Below are positions 1 through 10,823 of a stretch of DNA of 64,000 bases, piece after piece; the stretch's first letter is position 1, and each line of letters starts with the position of its first letter. This DNA comes from Candidatus Latescibacterota bacterium (GTDB lineage Bacteria; Latescibacterota; UBA2968; UBA8231). The stretch is taken from assembly GCA_965206595.1 (NCBI GenBank), contig OZ242214.1, forward strand, positions 3,200,001-3,264,000, written 5' to 3'. Under the pieces are notes generated by a model that did no database searches, had not been told where the DNA came from, and saw only the letters and a list, made by a program, of their open reading frames with translations. The translations under genes and the position numbers were made by a program.

Positions 1-1755
1 CCCACGGAGAACCTCGTCCTCGTCGACCACGTCGAGATCCCCAACATCAACCACTTCCCGACCCAGGGGGCTTCGGGCGGCCCGATCGGCCTGCTGAACA
101 CCGATCTCATCGAGGACGTCGCCTTCTACGCCGGCGGCTTCTCCGCGGCCTACGGGGACCGCATGTCGTCGGTGACGGTCGTCGACTTGCGCGAGGGCAG
201 TCGCGAGAAGCTCGAGGGGGAGCTGCAGCTCGGCATGGCGGGAGCCGGCCTGCTTCTCGAAGGCCCCTTGCCGGGAGGGGGCGGCTCCTGGATCGCCTCG
301 GGTAGGCGCAGCTATCTCGATCTCATCGTCGACGCCATCGGCACCGGAGCCGTGCCGCGCTACAGCGACCTGCAGGGCAAGCTGAGCTGGGACCTGTCTC
401 CCCGGCACCGCTTCTCCCTGCTCGGCATCGCCGGCTTCGACGCCATCGACTTCGCTCCCGGGGATACCGATGCCGACGAGGATTTCGTCGTCAACGAGAC
501 CGACCAGTACGTCGCCGGGGCCGGCTGGCGCTGGCTGTGGAGCCGCCGCGGCTTCGCCCGCACCTCCCTCGCCTTCACCTACGCCGACTTCGGCACGGAC
601 GTCCTCGACGGACAGACTCGCGACCTGCTGTTCGCCAACTCCTCGCAGGAGCGCCGGATCGCGCTGCGCAGCGACGTCACCTGGTCGCCGCATGCGGGGG
701 GAGAGCTGCGCTGCGGGATCACCGGCAGCCGCGAGCTCAGCGACTTCTCCCTCTTTTCGGCGTCGCGAACCAACCGCGTCGGCGAGATGACCGGGGAGCT
801 GCGCGTCGGCGAGGGGGTGAGCTCCAACAAGCTGGGGGCCTACCTCGGGTACGAGCGCCCCGTCGCGAAGGGCGTAACCGCGGAAGCGGGAGTGCGCTGG
901 GCCTACTTCGACTACACCGGAAAGAGCGGCCTTTCGCCGCGGCTGTCCCTGCGCTGGCAGCTCGGTCCGCTCACCTCGCTGAGCGCCGCCTGGGGGCTCT
1001 ACCGCCAGAACCTGCCTTCCTCGCTGCTGGTTCAGCACCCTGACAACCGCGACCTGGAGAACCCCCGCGCCGCTCACTACGTCCTCGGGCTGCGGCAGCG
1101 CCTGACCGAGAACACCCTGCTAACCCTCGAGGGGTACCTCAAGCGCTACCGCGACCTGCCTTTCGACCCGGACGATCCCACTGCGTCGGTGGTCGACGCC
1201 TTTGCCGATTTCGGCACCCCGGCTCCCGGGCGGCTGGCCGGCGGCGGGGAAGCCGAGTCCCGGGGCCTGGAGTGGATGGTCCAGAAGAAGCTCGCCCGCC
1301 GCATGTACGGCACCGCGAGCTACGCCTGGTCCCGTTCCCGCTACACCGACCTCACCGGTAGGGAGCGCGACCGCTCCTTCGACAACCGGCACCTGGTATC
1401 CCTCATCGTCGGCTACCGGCAGGGGGAAACCCGGGAGTACAGCCTGCGCTGGCGGTTCGCCGGAGGCCGGCCCTACACCCCCTTCGACGAGGAGGCTTCG
1501 GCGCGCGAGGGAACCGGAATCGTGCAGCGCGACCGCATCAACGAGCTGCGCCTGCCCCCCTACCACCGCCTCGACCTGCGCCTCGACCATCGCCGGCACT
1601 TCGGGCGCTTCAACCTGGTGTCGTTCTTCACCCTGCTGAACGCTTACAACCGCGCCAACCTCTTTCACTATTTCTGGGACACCGGGGACAACCGGTCCGG
1701 CCGCATCAATCAGTGGAGCCGGATCCCGGTCGGCGGCTTCGAGCTCGAGTTCTGA
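1..1755 (+). CDS. TonB-dependent receptor (5' end outside the window)
   Basis: Frame is open from base 1: plug-type ENLVLVDHVEIPNINHF...FYAGGFSAAYGDRMSSV, then barrel strands, RLPPYHRLDLRLD, and C-terminal GFELEF. Confidence 0.9.
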   Translation, partial: PTENLVLVDHVEIPNINHFPTQGASGGPIGLLNTDLIEDVAFYAGGFSAAYGDRMSSVTVVDLREGSREKLEGELQLGMAGAGLLLEGPLPGGGGSWIASGRRSYLDLIVDAIGTGAVPRYSDLQGKLSWDLSPRHRFSLLGIAGFDAIDFAPGDTDADEDFVVNETDQYVAGAGWRWLWSRRGFARTSLAFTYADFGTDVLDGQTRDLLFANSSQERRIALRSDVTWSPHAGGELRCGITGSRELSDFSLFSASRTNRVGEMTGELRVGEGVSSNKLGAYLGYERPVAKGVTAEAGVRWAYFDYTGKSGLSPRLSLRWQLGPLTSLSAAWGLYRQNLPSSLLVQHPDNRDLENPRAAHYVLGLRQRLTENTLLTLEGYLKRYRDLPFDPDDPTASVVDAFADFGTPAPGRLAGGGEAESRGLEWMVQKKLARRMYGTASYAWSRSRYTDLTGRERDRSFDNRHLVSLIVGYRQGETREYSLRWRFAGGRPYTPFDEEASAREGTGIVQRDRINELRLPPYHRLDLRLDHRRHFGRFNLVSFFTLLNAYNRANLFHYFWDTGDNRSGRINQWSRIPVGGFELEF

Positions 1756-1815
1756 GCGACGCGGCGGCGGCGGCTCGAGCGCATCCGGGCCGAGGTCCCC
1801 GTGAGGCCCGTACCT

Positions 1816-2985
1816 TCAGCGCTTCAGGGCCTGCCTGACGGCGAACAGCAGGCAGAGGGGCGCCAGCGCCACCACCCCCATGGCCGAGCGCAGGCCCATG
1901 GCTTCGGCGACCGCCCCGATCACCGCGGGCCCGGCGACTCCGCCGACGTGAGCGGCCCCGTTCAGCAGCGCGTACATCGAAGGGGTGGCGCCGGGAAAGC
2001 GGTCCCCTGCACAGGCGACCGCGGTCGGGTAGCTGACGGTGATGGCGAGCCCGAGCACGGTCAGCCAGAAGACGGTGAAGAAGGTCCCCACCGGCAGGGC
2101 GGCGAGCAGGATGCTGGCGGCGCTGAGCAGGCAGCAGGCGGTGAGCACCGCGGAGACCCCGACCCGGGCGACGATGCGGGCGCATGCCAGCCTGCCCGCG
2201 GCCATGGTCGTTCCCAGCAGCACCAGGCTGAGCACGCCGAGGGAGTGGCTGCTGCCCGCGGCCTTCTCGATGAAGTAGGGGAACCAGGTCGACGGCCCGA
2301 TCTCGGTGACCGCGGAAAACAGGATGGCGAGCCCTATCCAGGCAAAGGCCGGCTGCCGGACCAGGAAGCGCAGGTCGAGCCGGCCCGGCGCGTCCGCTTC
2401 CGGCCTGGGGAACCGCACCACGAGGGCCGCGGCGCCGAAGACCAGCACCATGACGGCGAAGGCCCGGAAGACCCCGCGCCACTCCGACCCGAGCGCGAAC
2501 AGCCCCAGGACCAGTGCCGAGATCAGCACCATGCCGACGTAGAAGAAGGCGTGGAAGACATTCATCGCCCCGGTCCGGTTCCCGGGATGCAGCGAACAGA
2601 GCAGGGCGTTCAGCGGGGCCGCGGGCATGCCGCGCCCGAGGCCGGCCAGGAAGATGGCGGCGAACGCCTGCGGCCGGGTCTCCGCGGCCGAGACAAGCAG
2701 GTACCCCGCCGCCTGGATCAGGGCGGAGGCGGCCAGCATGCGGCGGTACCCGAGCCGCTCGGCGAGCCAGCCGGAGAAGAGGGTGACCGTCCCCAGGCCC
2801 CAGAAAGGGAGCCCGAGAAAGAGGCCCATCTGCGTCTCCGAGGTGATGCCGAGCTCCGCGGAGATGGCGCCGAGACAGGCCGCCGGACCGACGACGATGG
2901 CGCTTCCGGTCGCCATCGTGTACCAGCAGAACAGCTCGATGCAGCGGCGGGCTTGTCTGTCGGTGGGCAAGGCGGCTGTCAGCAA
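1816..2985 (-). CDS. MFS transporter
   Basis: About 12 hydrophobic segments; MFS motif A-like SGWLAERLGYRR and AGRLACARIVARVG. Confidence 0.85.
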   Translation of the reverse strand: MLTAALPTDRQARRCIELFCWYTMATGSAIVVGPAACLGAISAELGITSETQMGLFLGLPFWGLGTVTLFSGWLAERLGYRRMLAASALIQAAGYLLVSAAETRPQAFAAIFLAGLGRGMPAAPLNALLCSLHPGNRTGAMNVFHAFFYVGMVLISALVLGLFALGSEWRGVFRAFAVMVLVFGAAALVVRFPRPEADAPGRLDLRFLVRQPAFAWIGLAILFSAVTEIGPSTWFPYFIEKAAGSSHSLGVLSLVLLGTTMAAGRLACARIVARVGVSAVLTACCLLSAASILLAALPVGTFFTVFWLTVLGLAITVSYPTAVACAGDRFPGATPSMYALLNGAAHVGGVAGPAVIGAVAEAMGLRSAMGVVALAPLCLLFAVRQALKR

Positions 2986-3256
2986 CCCGGGCCGGGGCGG
3001 CGCTGGATCCCCCGACGCAGGGGGCTGGTGGGAATTCCGTGTTTCATCCGGTCAGGTACGGTTGCCGGGCGACGCCGGCAGCTCGAAGGGTTGGCGACCG
3101 CCAGGATCGGCCGCAGCCCGGATGGACTGTTACAGCAGGCTGCCAGTACTTTCTCTGCCGCAGAGGCCCCGGCAAAAATGTTCCAAGTTTTACTCTGCCC
3201 GCCGGCCGCGACGCGGGGCCGGAACGCGACCACCCTCATCGATTCGGAGTTGCCTC

Positions 3257-4441
3257 GTGAAAGTCGACCGTCAGGAGCTGCTCGACAACGGTTTCATCAT
3301 CCTTCGCAACGTCGTCCCCCCCGACGAGCTCGACGGCCTGGGGGAGCAGTTCGAAACCCTGGTCGAGCGCCAGAAAGCGATCTGGTCCGAAGAGAACAGC
3401 GACACCTGGGAGTCGGGGGCGCAGCCGCGGCTCGGCCATTACGAGCGCCTGATCGACCCGCCGACCGCGGCCACGGTCGAGCTCTGGCAGCGCGAGAACA
3501 CCCTCGGGGTCGCCCGCCAACTCCTCAGCGTGCCGGAGCAGGCGGCGGTCTCCGGCATGATGCTGATGTGCAGCCCGCAGCGGGACCACGGCCCCGCGGC
3601 CTGGCACCGCGACATCCACCCCCTCGACATGGCGCCGATGGCGGTGCTGCAGCGGGACCTCATGGAGAACGGCCCCAGGTACCTGCAGTGGAACATCCCG
3701 CTCTACGACGACGTCGTCTTCTGGGCGGTGCCGGGAAGCCACCGGCGCCTCAACACCGCCGAGGAGAACCGCCAGCTCGAGAAGGACCCGCGCGTGCCCC
3801 TGCCCGGGGGCGTGCCGATCGAGCTCGCCGCCGGCGACGGCGTCGTCTACGTCAACTTCCTCCTGCACTGGGGCAGCAACTACAGCAGCACCCTGCGGCG
3901 CACCGCCCACGGCGGCCACAGCATCTTCCCCTACTACTCCGACACCGGTTTCATGAAGCAGCTCTCCCCGGAAGGCCGGGCCGCCTTCGAGTCCTGGGAC
4001 CGGCGCAGCTCACACGCCCAGGACCTGACCGAGCAGGCCCTGCGGGCGGTGCTGAACGGCGACGCCGCGTCCTTCCGCGAGGCGGTCGAAGGTCTGCAGC
4101 CGGGAGCGGGGGAAAAGGGGAAGCTGGTGCTGGCCATCTACCTGTCGAAAGCCGCCTACCACGTGTACGTCCACAAGCAGCCTGCGGACTCCGGTCTGCC
4201 GAGGTGGGCCGCCGACGGCGAGCACCCGATCACCATCAACTGGGGCCCGCGGTTCGCCGAGCGCTTCACCGCCCCGGAAGCCGGGGAGATCTGGCGCAGG
4301 TTCGGCCCCCTCGACCGCGGCCTGCGCGCCGACGAAATGCAGTTCGCGCCGGGGTACCAGAACCGCGAGCCGATGTACCACTGTTTCGAGGATATGCCGC
4401 CGTTCAAGGTCGACGACTTCGTCGCCGGCTGGGCGGCTTAG
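3257..4441 (+). CDS. Phytanoyl-CoA dioxygenase (PhyH) family Fe(II)/2OG oxygenase with C-terminal extension
   Basis: GTG start after GGAG; N-terminal ELLDNGFIILRNVVP; WHRD, VPGSH, LAAGD and LLHWG motifs. Confidence 0.85.
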   Translation: MKVDRQELLDNGFIILRNVVPPDELDGLGEQFETLVERQKAIWSEENSDTWESGAQPRLGHYERLIDPPTAATVELWQRENTLGVARQLLSVPEQAAVSGMMLMCSPQRDHGPAAWHRDIHPLDMAPMAVLQRDLMENGPRYLQWNIPLYDDVVFWAVPGSHRRLNTAEENRQLEKDPRVPLPGGVPIELAAGDGVVYVNFLLHWGSNYSSTLRRTAHGGHSIFPYYSDTGFMKQLSPEGRAAFESWDRRSSHAQDLTEQALRAVLNGDAASFREAVEGLQPGAGEKGKLVLAIYLSKAAYHVYVHKQPADSGLPRWAADGEHPITINWGPRFAERFTAPEAGEIWRRFGPLDRGLRADEMQFAPGYQNREPMYHCFEDMPPFKVDDFVAGWAA

Positions 4442-4634
4442 GCAAGACCGCAGCCGGAGGTCGAGCCGCCCCCTCATTCCTGCAGAAGACTCCCGGGTTG
4501 CCGAGGGCGGCTACCCCGGGACCGGTGCTCCTGCCCGGAGCGGCCGCCGGCCTCCCACAACCGCCCGCGGCAGGGTCGGCCCAGGCCCTCCCCCGGGGCC
4601 GGAACTCTGGTCCGCAACCTCCCGAACCGCAGCC

Positions 4635-5408
4635 CTAGCCCAGCTTCTCCTCCCACTCCAGCAGCCCCTTCACCATCCCCCTGATGCGCGGCCTGTCGCT
4701 GTAGCGGTAGCTGTCGTGCAGGCTCGAGGCGTCCTGCCCGTGCGGCCGCAGGGCCTCGTAGTGGGTCTCCGTCTCCGGCCTGGCGGCGAACTTCAGGGCG
4801 ATGTAGCGCCGCACGCTCTGCTTTCCGAACACGGCGTGGTAGAGGTAGTGGTCGAACAGCACGGCGTCCCCCGGGTCGACCTCGAGAGCGTGAGAGCAGA
4901 GCTCGTTCCCCTCGACGCCGAAGGCTTCCTTCGGCGTTCCCTGCGACTGCAGGCACAGCAGCTGGCGGTGGAAGGGGGCGTGGTGGGACCCGGGGATGAC
5001 CCGCAGGGCCCCGGCCTCCCGGCGCATCGCCTGCAGGTAGATCATGATCTTGAGGCGCCGGTAGTTCAGGTCGATCTGGCCGGCGCGGTCGCAGTGCCAC
5101 TGGTGGTCGTTGGTCTCGTTGAAGCTGCCGGACACCCCCTCGGAGTTGCCCCAGACGAACCCCTCCCCCAGCAGCTGCCCGACCGGCCCGTAGATGCGGT
5201 CGTCCTCGGGCAGCCCCGCCAGCCCGCTTCCCATCTCGACGAAACTGGAGACCGCCTGGTGACTGGGTCCGGTGCGCCTGCCGCTGTTCGCGGCCAGCAG
5301 CCCGTCCGTCTCCCGGGTGATCTCGGCCATCTCTTCCGGGGAGTAGAGCTGCCGCAGGCAGAGGAAGCCGAAGGTTTCGAAGTAATCGATCTGCTGCCGG
5401 GTCAGCAT
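4635..5408 (-). CDS. PhyH-family Fe(II)/2OG dioxygenase
   Basis: MLTRQQIDYFETFGFL start; WHCD, GALRVIPGSH, PGDAVLFDHYLYHA motifs. Confidence 0.88.
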   Translation of the reverse strand: MLTRQQIDYFETFGFLCLRQLYSPEEMAEITRETDGLLAANSGRRTGPSHQAVSSFVEMGSGLAGLPEDDRIYGPVGQLLGEGFVWGNSEGVSGSFNETNDHQWHCDRAGQIDLNYRRLKIMIYLQAMRREAGALRVIPGSHHAPFHRQLLCLQSQGTPKEAFGVEGNELCSHALEVDPGDAVLFDHYLYHAVFGKQSVRRYIALKFAARPETETHYEALRPHGQDASSLHDSYRYSDRPRIRGMVKGLLEWEEKLG

Positions 5409-5597
5409 GGCGCAAGCTCCGTGGTTGTCGCGCTTGTTGCGGATGTGCAGGTTTCGACGCCTTTGCCTCAGGGGATGGAAGACTTCCCCGGGGCGAAATC
5501 TTTTCCGGGGAACTTCGCTGATTCCCCTCAGAGGCCTGAGGGCCCGCAGGGCTTTCGGGCGGCAACAAACGCCCAAAGAAAACGGAGGTCAAGAGAG

Positions 5598-7181
5598 ATG
5601 AGCGAACAGCACGAGGTCCTGTTCGAGACCGACGGACGCCACTCGAGCGTCTACCTGTACGAGCCCCCGATGGGGATCCGCCAGTACGTCGAGCCGATCG
5701 ACGAGGTCCTCGATCTCGGCATCGACACCATCAGCTACGCCGTCGGCGACTGCGCCGTCCTCCTCTACGCCACCGAGGCCGGGGAGCGCTGGGGGCACAA
5801 CGTCGAGCTCGCCGACCACGAGGTCTGGTACCGCGCCGCGCAGAACTTCGAGGCCTTCCTCGCCGCCGGGCACGACCCGCTGATGGTGGTCTGCGAGCAT
5901 GCCCGGGCGCGCGGCTTCCGCTTCCTGCCGCACCTGCTCCTCAACATGCACCACACCCCGTACGACCGCGTCAGCAACTGCCGCGTCTCCGACTTCGAGA
6001 GGGCGCATCCCGAATGGCAGGTGGGAGAGGAAGCGGACTTTCCCGAGGCGGAGTTCGATACCCCCAAGCGCCTCTCCTTCGCGGTTCCCGAGGTGCGCGA
6101 GAACCGCATGGCCATCGTGCGCGAGCTGCTCACCCGGTACCCCGCGGACGGCATCGAGGTCAACTTCCGCGACTACGCCCCCTTCATCGCCCGCCGCGAA
6201 GTCGCCGAGCACACCGACACGCTGACGGAGTGGGTGCGCGAGATCAGGGAGACCTGCGACCGGGAAGCGGCGCGGCAGGGCCTCCGCAAACGCCTCGTCG
6301 TCAGGGCGGCGGCCAGTCTGTCGGGCAACCTGGCGATGGGGCACGACCTGGCCGCCTGGGTGGGAGAGGGGCTGATCGACACCCTCATCGCCATGCCGGT
6401 GGGCGGGGACTTTTCCAGCGAGACCTCGCGGCTGCGTGAGCTCGCCGAGCTCACCGGGGGCACAGAGGTCAAGCTCATTGCCGGCCTCGACAGCGTCGGC
6501 GAGGAGCAGGGTCCGCTCGTTCACAGCGCCGCGGTCGCCAATGTCTACGCCGCCGGCGCCCGGGGCATCCTCTACCACCGCTACTACCCGGCTCCCCACC
6601 GCTACCCCTACACCGCCGGGGATTACGCCCGCCTGCGGTACCTCGCCTACCCCGACATCTTCGCCCACAAGGACAAGACCTTCTACGTCGGTCCGGGCGC
6701 CGACCGCCCCGAGGCGGTAACCTACGGACTCGGCGAGCAGCTGCCGCACCCCCTCGCCCCCGGCGAGTCCCGGACGGTGACCCTCGACGTCGCCGACGAC
6801 GTCGCCGCAAAACAGGAAGCCGGAGAGCTGTGGCGCTGCGAGCTGCAGGTGATGATGCGCGAGATGCTGCAGGAGGACGAGGTGCGTTTGTTCTGGAACG
6901 GCGGCGAGATTGACGGCGGCGAGATACGCAAGGCGGACTACGTCTTCCAGATGCGCCCCGGGGCGGGCACGCGGGGGTACCGCCTGCACGTCGACCTGAG
7001 CAGGGGGAGGGTGCCGGAGCAGGGGACCAACGAGCTGCGCGTCGAGCTGGTTACCAAGGACGAGCGCCTCGTCGACCCGGTCTCCGTGCACGACGTCTTC
7101 CTGGTGGTCGAGTACCTCAAACACCGGCACGCCCTCAGGGACGACGAGCAGTACGGATTGCAGACGACCTTCACGCCGTAA
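5598..7181 (+). CDS. Putative glycoside hydrolase-like (GHL10-like TIM barrel) protein
   Basis: GGAGG RBS; HPEW and LSFAVPEVRENRMAIVRELLTRYPADGIEVNF motifs typical of GHL10-like proteins; beta-rich C-terminal domain. Confidence 0.6.
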   Translation: MSEQHEVLFETDGRHSSVYLYEPPMGIRQYVEPIDEVLDLGIDTISYAVGDCAVLLYATEAGERWGHNVELADHEVWYRAAQNFEAFLAAGHDPLMVVCEHARARGFRFLPHLLLNMHHTPYDRVSNCRVSDFERAHPEWQVGEEADFPEAEFDTPKRLSFAVPEVRENRMAIVRELLTRYPADGIEVNFRDYAPFIARREVAEHTDTLTEWVREIRETCDREAARQGLRKRLVVRAAASLSGNLAMGHDLAAWVGEGLIDTLIAMPVGGDFSSETSRLRELAELTGGTEVKLIAGLDSVGEEQGPLVHSAAVANVYAAGARGILYHRYYPAPHRYPYTAGDYARLRYLAYPDIFAHKDKTFYVGPGADRPEAVTYGLGEQLPHPLAPGESRTVTLDVADDVAAKQEAGELWRCELQVMMREMLQEDEVRLFWNGGEIDGGEIRKADYVFQMRPGAGTRGYRLHVDLSRGRVPEQGTNELRVELVTKDERLVDPVSVHDVFLVVEYLKHRHALRDDEQYGLQTTFTP

Positions 7182-7271
7182 ATATGTCCGGCTGCAAGCT
7201 GAACCGGCCGGCTCCGCGGCGCCGACGCGCGCCCGGACAGCGGCCGAACACTTACCGAGAAAGGAATAGGG

Positions 7272-7787
7272 ATGCTAAGCGAAAAGATCCAGCAGGCCCT
7301 CAACGACCAGCTCAATTCCGAGTTCTTCTCCGCCTACACCTACCTGTCGCTGGCCGCCTATTTCGAGGACCTCGAGCTCAACGGTTTCGCCCACTGGATG
7401 GAGATCCAGTACCACGAAGAGCTGATGCACGCCGAGAAGATCTACGCCTTCGTCAACGACCGCGACGGCCGCGTGCGCCTGCAGGCCCTGGCGCCGCCGC
7501 AGATCGAGTGGGACTCGCCGCTCGACGCCTTCAAGTTCGCCCTCGAAAGCGAGCGCGCCCTGAGCGACAGGATCTACCAGGTAGTCGACTCCGCCCTCGC
7601 CGAGCGCGACCACGCCACCCACACCTTCATGCAATGGTTCGTCAACGAGCAGGTCGAGGAAGAAGCCATAGTCCGCCAGATCGTCAGCGACATGGAGCTG
7701 ATCATCGAAAGCCGCGACGGCATCTTCCTCATGGACCGGGACCTGGCGCAGAGGAATGCCCAGTCCCACAAGCAGGATGAGGACTGA
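7272..7787 (+). CDS. ftnA: Non-heme ferritin
   Basis: MLSEKIQQALNDQLNSEFFSAYTYL; EELMHA; DHATHTFMQWFVNEQVEEE ferroxidase ligands. Confidence 0.93.
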   Translation: MLSEKIQQALNDQLNSEFFSAYTYLSLAAYFEDLELNGFAHWMEIQYHEELMHAEKIYAFVNDRDGRVRLQALAPPQIEWDSPLDAFKFALESERALSDRIYQVVDSALAERDHATHTFMQWFVNEQVEEEAIVRQIVSDMELIIESRDGIFLMDRDLAQRNAQSHKQDED

Positions 7788-7862
7788 ATCGACGGAGGCG
7801 CTGCCGGAGGATCAGTGCCAGCGCGCGCGGTTTCCGCGTGAATCCGGCGATATCGCGCAGGG

Positions 7863-7932
7863 CTAGCCCGAGCGGTACTGCGCTAGCAACTCGTAGTCCG
7901 GTTCCATCCCCAGGCCGGGGCGTTCCGGCACG
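7863..7932 (-). pseudogene. Possible C-terminal remnant of an enolase-superfamily (mandelate racemase-like) gene
   Basis: VPERPGLGMEPDYELLAQYRSG* resembles the family's PxxPGLGxE C-terminus; GC-rich, abutting AT-richer DNA. Confidence 0.3.
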
Positions 7933-8119
7933 GCATCGTTTCCGTCCATGGCGTGAACCACAGAGATCAAAGCGCGGTAGGATAATCTCAGAAAGTGTCC
8001 GCCGAATTTTGCCCAAGCGATATGGCTAAATCGCTGCAAATCCAGTCTACGCCGTTTTTTTCCCCATTTTGGGAGATGGCTTAACCACTGATCAATGGAC
8101 GCTTTGTTAATGGGATGCA

Positions 8120-8930
8120 TCATTCGGCATAAACGAGGGAGGTTACGGGCCCCTCCCCTAGTTCATTACGCTGCAGGCTTTTGGAGGCGTCATAAAATTC
8201 CACTTGGTTTCTTTTTAAAAAACTAAACTCTGCCGATTCCGCCACATAGTCGTGCGAACCGGCAGAGGATAGCCACCCCTTGACATTCGCCTCGTACGCT
8301 AACAACCAGTGCTCGTCGTATAACTCGTCGGTTGTCATCTTCGCCGAGGGACCACTAGTAGACACATTTTTGGAAATCAGATTGAGGTCCCGCGCATGCA
8401 ACAATACAAGTGTGACAACGGAATCCTCCATTGCCATGGCTTTTTTTGGCAACAGCGTCTTCAATTGAGATCTGAAACTCGATAGCACACCACAGTGCCC
8501 ATGCGACTTCACTGCTGTGGCCTAGTGGTGCGTGTCGAAGGATAAGCTGATTCAACACCTCTTCGAGGAGGATACGGTTTATGGAATAACCTGCGGATTC
8601 GTAGTTGACCAAAGTCTTTACGATTCGCTGAACTGTTCCAGGTTCGTTGGTTGCCGACTGAAGAAGGAGACTCTCTGCAAGTTCCCAATTCTCTATTTGA
8701 ACGGTGACGGATCCTAATCTCGCGACAGCGTAGTTCAGAACTGGATCGATAGGAAATTCACACGAAAGCTCAAAGGCGCGGTCAAAATATGCTATCAGAT
8801 CTGAGTGCTGAGCACGTGCTTGGTCGCGGAAGATGAAGGTACGCAGCTCGGAAACCCACTTTGGTTCGATCCCAATTGGAAGCTCGGTTATCAGAGTTTT
8901 ATTAGGATTTAGCGCCAGTCCGAATTCCCC
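8120..8930 (-). pseudogene. C-terminal half of an Abi/UG (DRT-like) reverse transcriptase, truncated by IS5
   Basis: Manual translation from 8930 down: GEFGLALNPNKTLITELPIGIEPKWVSELRTF...YFDRAFEL...VLNYAV...GHSSEVAWALW...EHWLLAYEA...VEFYD. LxLNxxKT is the RT motif after YxDD. Frameshift at the T7 run 8441-8447. Confidence 0.75.
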
Positions 8931-9787
8931 GGAACCTATCTCAAAATTGAGATTGTTTAAGTAAAATCAAAATGGATGCAAGTTGGACGAAGCCAAGAAA
9001 ATTCTCCGGATACAATTCCCAGCGAGTGATCACTCGACGCTGCCATTGAAGCCAAGCAAAGAATCTCTCAACCATCCAAGGCCGCACATAACGCCGCAAT
9101 CGCCGTCCGTCCTGAGTCTTTTTCTTGGTCCGATTCTGGCGATGCGGGGCGATCATCTCGATCCCGTCTTTCTTAAGCTCTTCATCCAACGAATCGCTGT
9201 CGTACGCCTTGTCGCCGATCAAGTTGTCAGGTTGGTCTTCGATCAGGTAAAAGTCAAAGGTCAACTGAACCAGCGTCACTTCATGATGGTTCGCTGCATG
9301 CGTGCTCACCGACAAGGGAAGCCCATTGCCGTCCACGATCCCCATGACCCGCACCCCCTTACCTCGCCTGGTGTGGCCGATATCGGCACCTCCACCCTTG
9401 GCCGCCGAGAACAGGCCATCGATGAAAGCCTCCGATTCGTCCAGACCCCCCTTGCTCGTGAAGGGTCTGGGCCAGGTCCATGAGAACTTCGCGCACCACC
9501 CCTTGACGACACCCGTTTTGAAAACGGCGATGCACGGTTTTGTAGTTCGGATAGCACTGCGGCAACATAGGCCATTGAGCCCCGGTGTTTAGAATCCAAA
9601 GGACGGCTTCAAAAACATCACGCGTGCAAACCGGTTTGCGACCCGGATGGCTCTTGGGACGAAGTTCTTCAGGAAAGTGATGGCGGATTCGTTGCCATTG
9701 CATGTCGGTCAGATTGACCATACACCAATGGTACATCACTGTCATTTCGAAAACAAGTTTAAGTTTGCCTATTTTGAGATAGGTTCC
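8931..9787 (-). mobile_element. IS5-family element, copy 1 (transposase 8941-9721, +1 frameshift near 9446)
   Basis: 17-bp TIRs GGAACCTATCTCAAAAT / ATTTTGAGATAGGTTCC; LWILNTGAQW, GDKAYDSD, WMVERFFAWL; nearly identical to 33339-34194. Confidence 0.93.
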
Positions 9788-10000
9788 AGGCATAGTGCCC
9801 CTGTCGGTGTTGGCAGAAACCTCCGCCGCTATGCGTTTGGTGAGCCGGTCTTTCATTCCCATGACGATAATCTTTCCTGCGGTGCCCCGGCCCTTTCCGA
9901 AATATGCCTCATCTATTTCCGCCTCGGTGCAGTTGACCGGTTCAGGCTCTCCCCACGCTTCGCGGATACGATGGGATACGGACCATGATGTCCGCTGCTT
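9788..10000 (-). mobile_element. IS1595-family transposase internal fragment
   Basis: Manual translation: KQRTSWSVSHRIREAW...EAEIDEAYFGKGRGTAGKIIVMGMKDRLTKRIAAEV; cut by IS5 on one side and IS630 on the other. Confidence 0.75.
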
Positions 10001-10823
10001 TAGTGTCCCGTCCCAGGAATATCTTGTAAAAATGTGATCTTCTCATTAGGTTTCCCCTAATAGGGATACCGCAAGGAGGAACCTAATGGCACTGGGACGT
10101 CCCCTGAAGCCGCTCACCCTCAGTGACGAAGTTCGTGCCCAACTCGAATCCATGGCCCGTTCCCGTAGCCTGCCTCATGCGCATGTGCGGCGAGCCAAGA
10201 TCGTCTTGATGAGCGATGAGGGGCTCACCAATCAACAGATCGGTCAGCATCTTGGGCTGTCGGGCGTTTCGGTTGGCAAGGGGCGCCGTCGTTTCTGCGA
10301 ACAAGGCCTGATGGGGCTCTACGATGAGCTGCGCCCCGGGGGTCCGCGCTCGATAAGCGATGAGGAAGTCGCCGCGTTGATTCATAAGACGCTCGAGCAT
10401 CCACCGAAGGGGGCCACGCACTGGACGTGCCGTTCCCTCGCCGCCGAGGCCAACCTCTCCAAGTCCACCGTTCAACGAGTATGGAAAGCGTTGGGTCTGC
10501 AGCCGCATCGACAGAAGCACTTCAAGCTGTCCAACGACCCTTTTTTTTGTGGACAAAGTCAGAGACATCGTAGGCCTCTACCTGAACCCTCCGGACAAGG
10601 CCATGGTGTTATGCGTCGACGAGAAGAGCCAGATCCAGGCCCTGGAACGGACGCAGCCGATTCTGCCTTTGGGCCTGGGCTATGTGGAAGGCGTTACGCA
10701 CAGCTATATCCGGCACGGCACCACGACCTTGTTCGCGGCGCTCGAAATCGCATCGGGCAAGGTCCTGACCCAATGCAAACCCCGGCATCGGCACCAGGAA
10801 TTCCTGCAGTTCCTCAAATACAT
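10001..10823 (+). mobile_element. IS630-family element, truncated by ISL3 (transposase from 10086, frameshift at the T-run near 10541)
   Basis: Left end TAGTGTCCCGTC resembles the IS630 end at 59994; HTH plus [35 protein letters not shown]. Confidence 0.88.

Noticed and set aside
1801-4638. 945-aa plus-strand ORF and similar long Arg/Pro/Gly-rich ORFs
   Set aside because: Shadow frames of real genes in high-GC DNA with no recognisable motifs.
5482-5570. Short inverted repeats between the divergent PhyH and GH-like genes as a riboswitch or ncRNA
   Set aside because: Only short GC-rich stems and no recognisable family motif.
10541-10548. Programmed ribosomal frameshift in IS630 copy 1
   Set aside because: The related IS630 at 60077 is a single frame here (cctttctttgtc), so an indel in the T-run is simpler.
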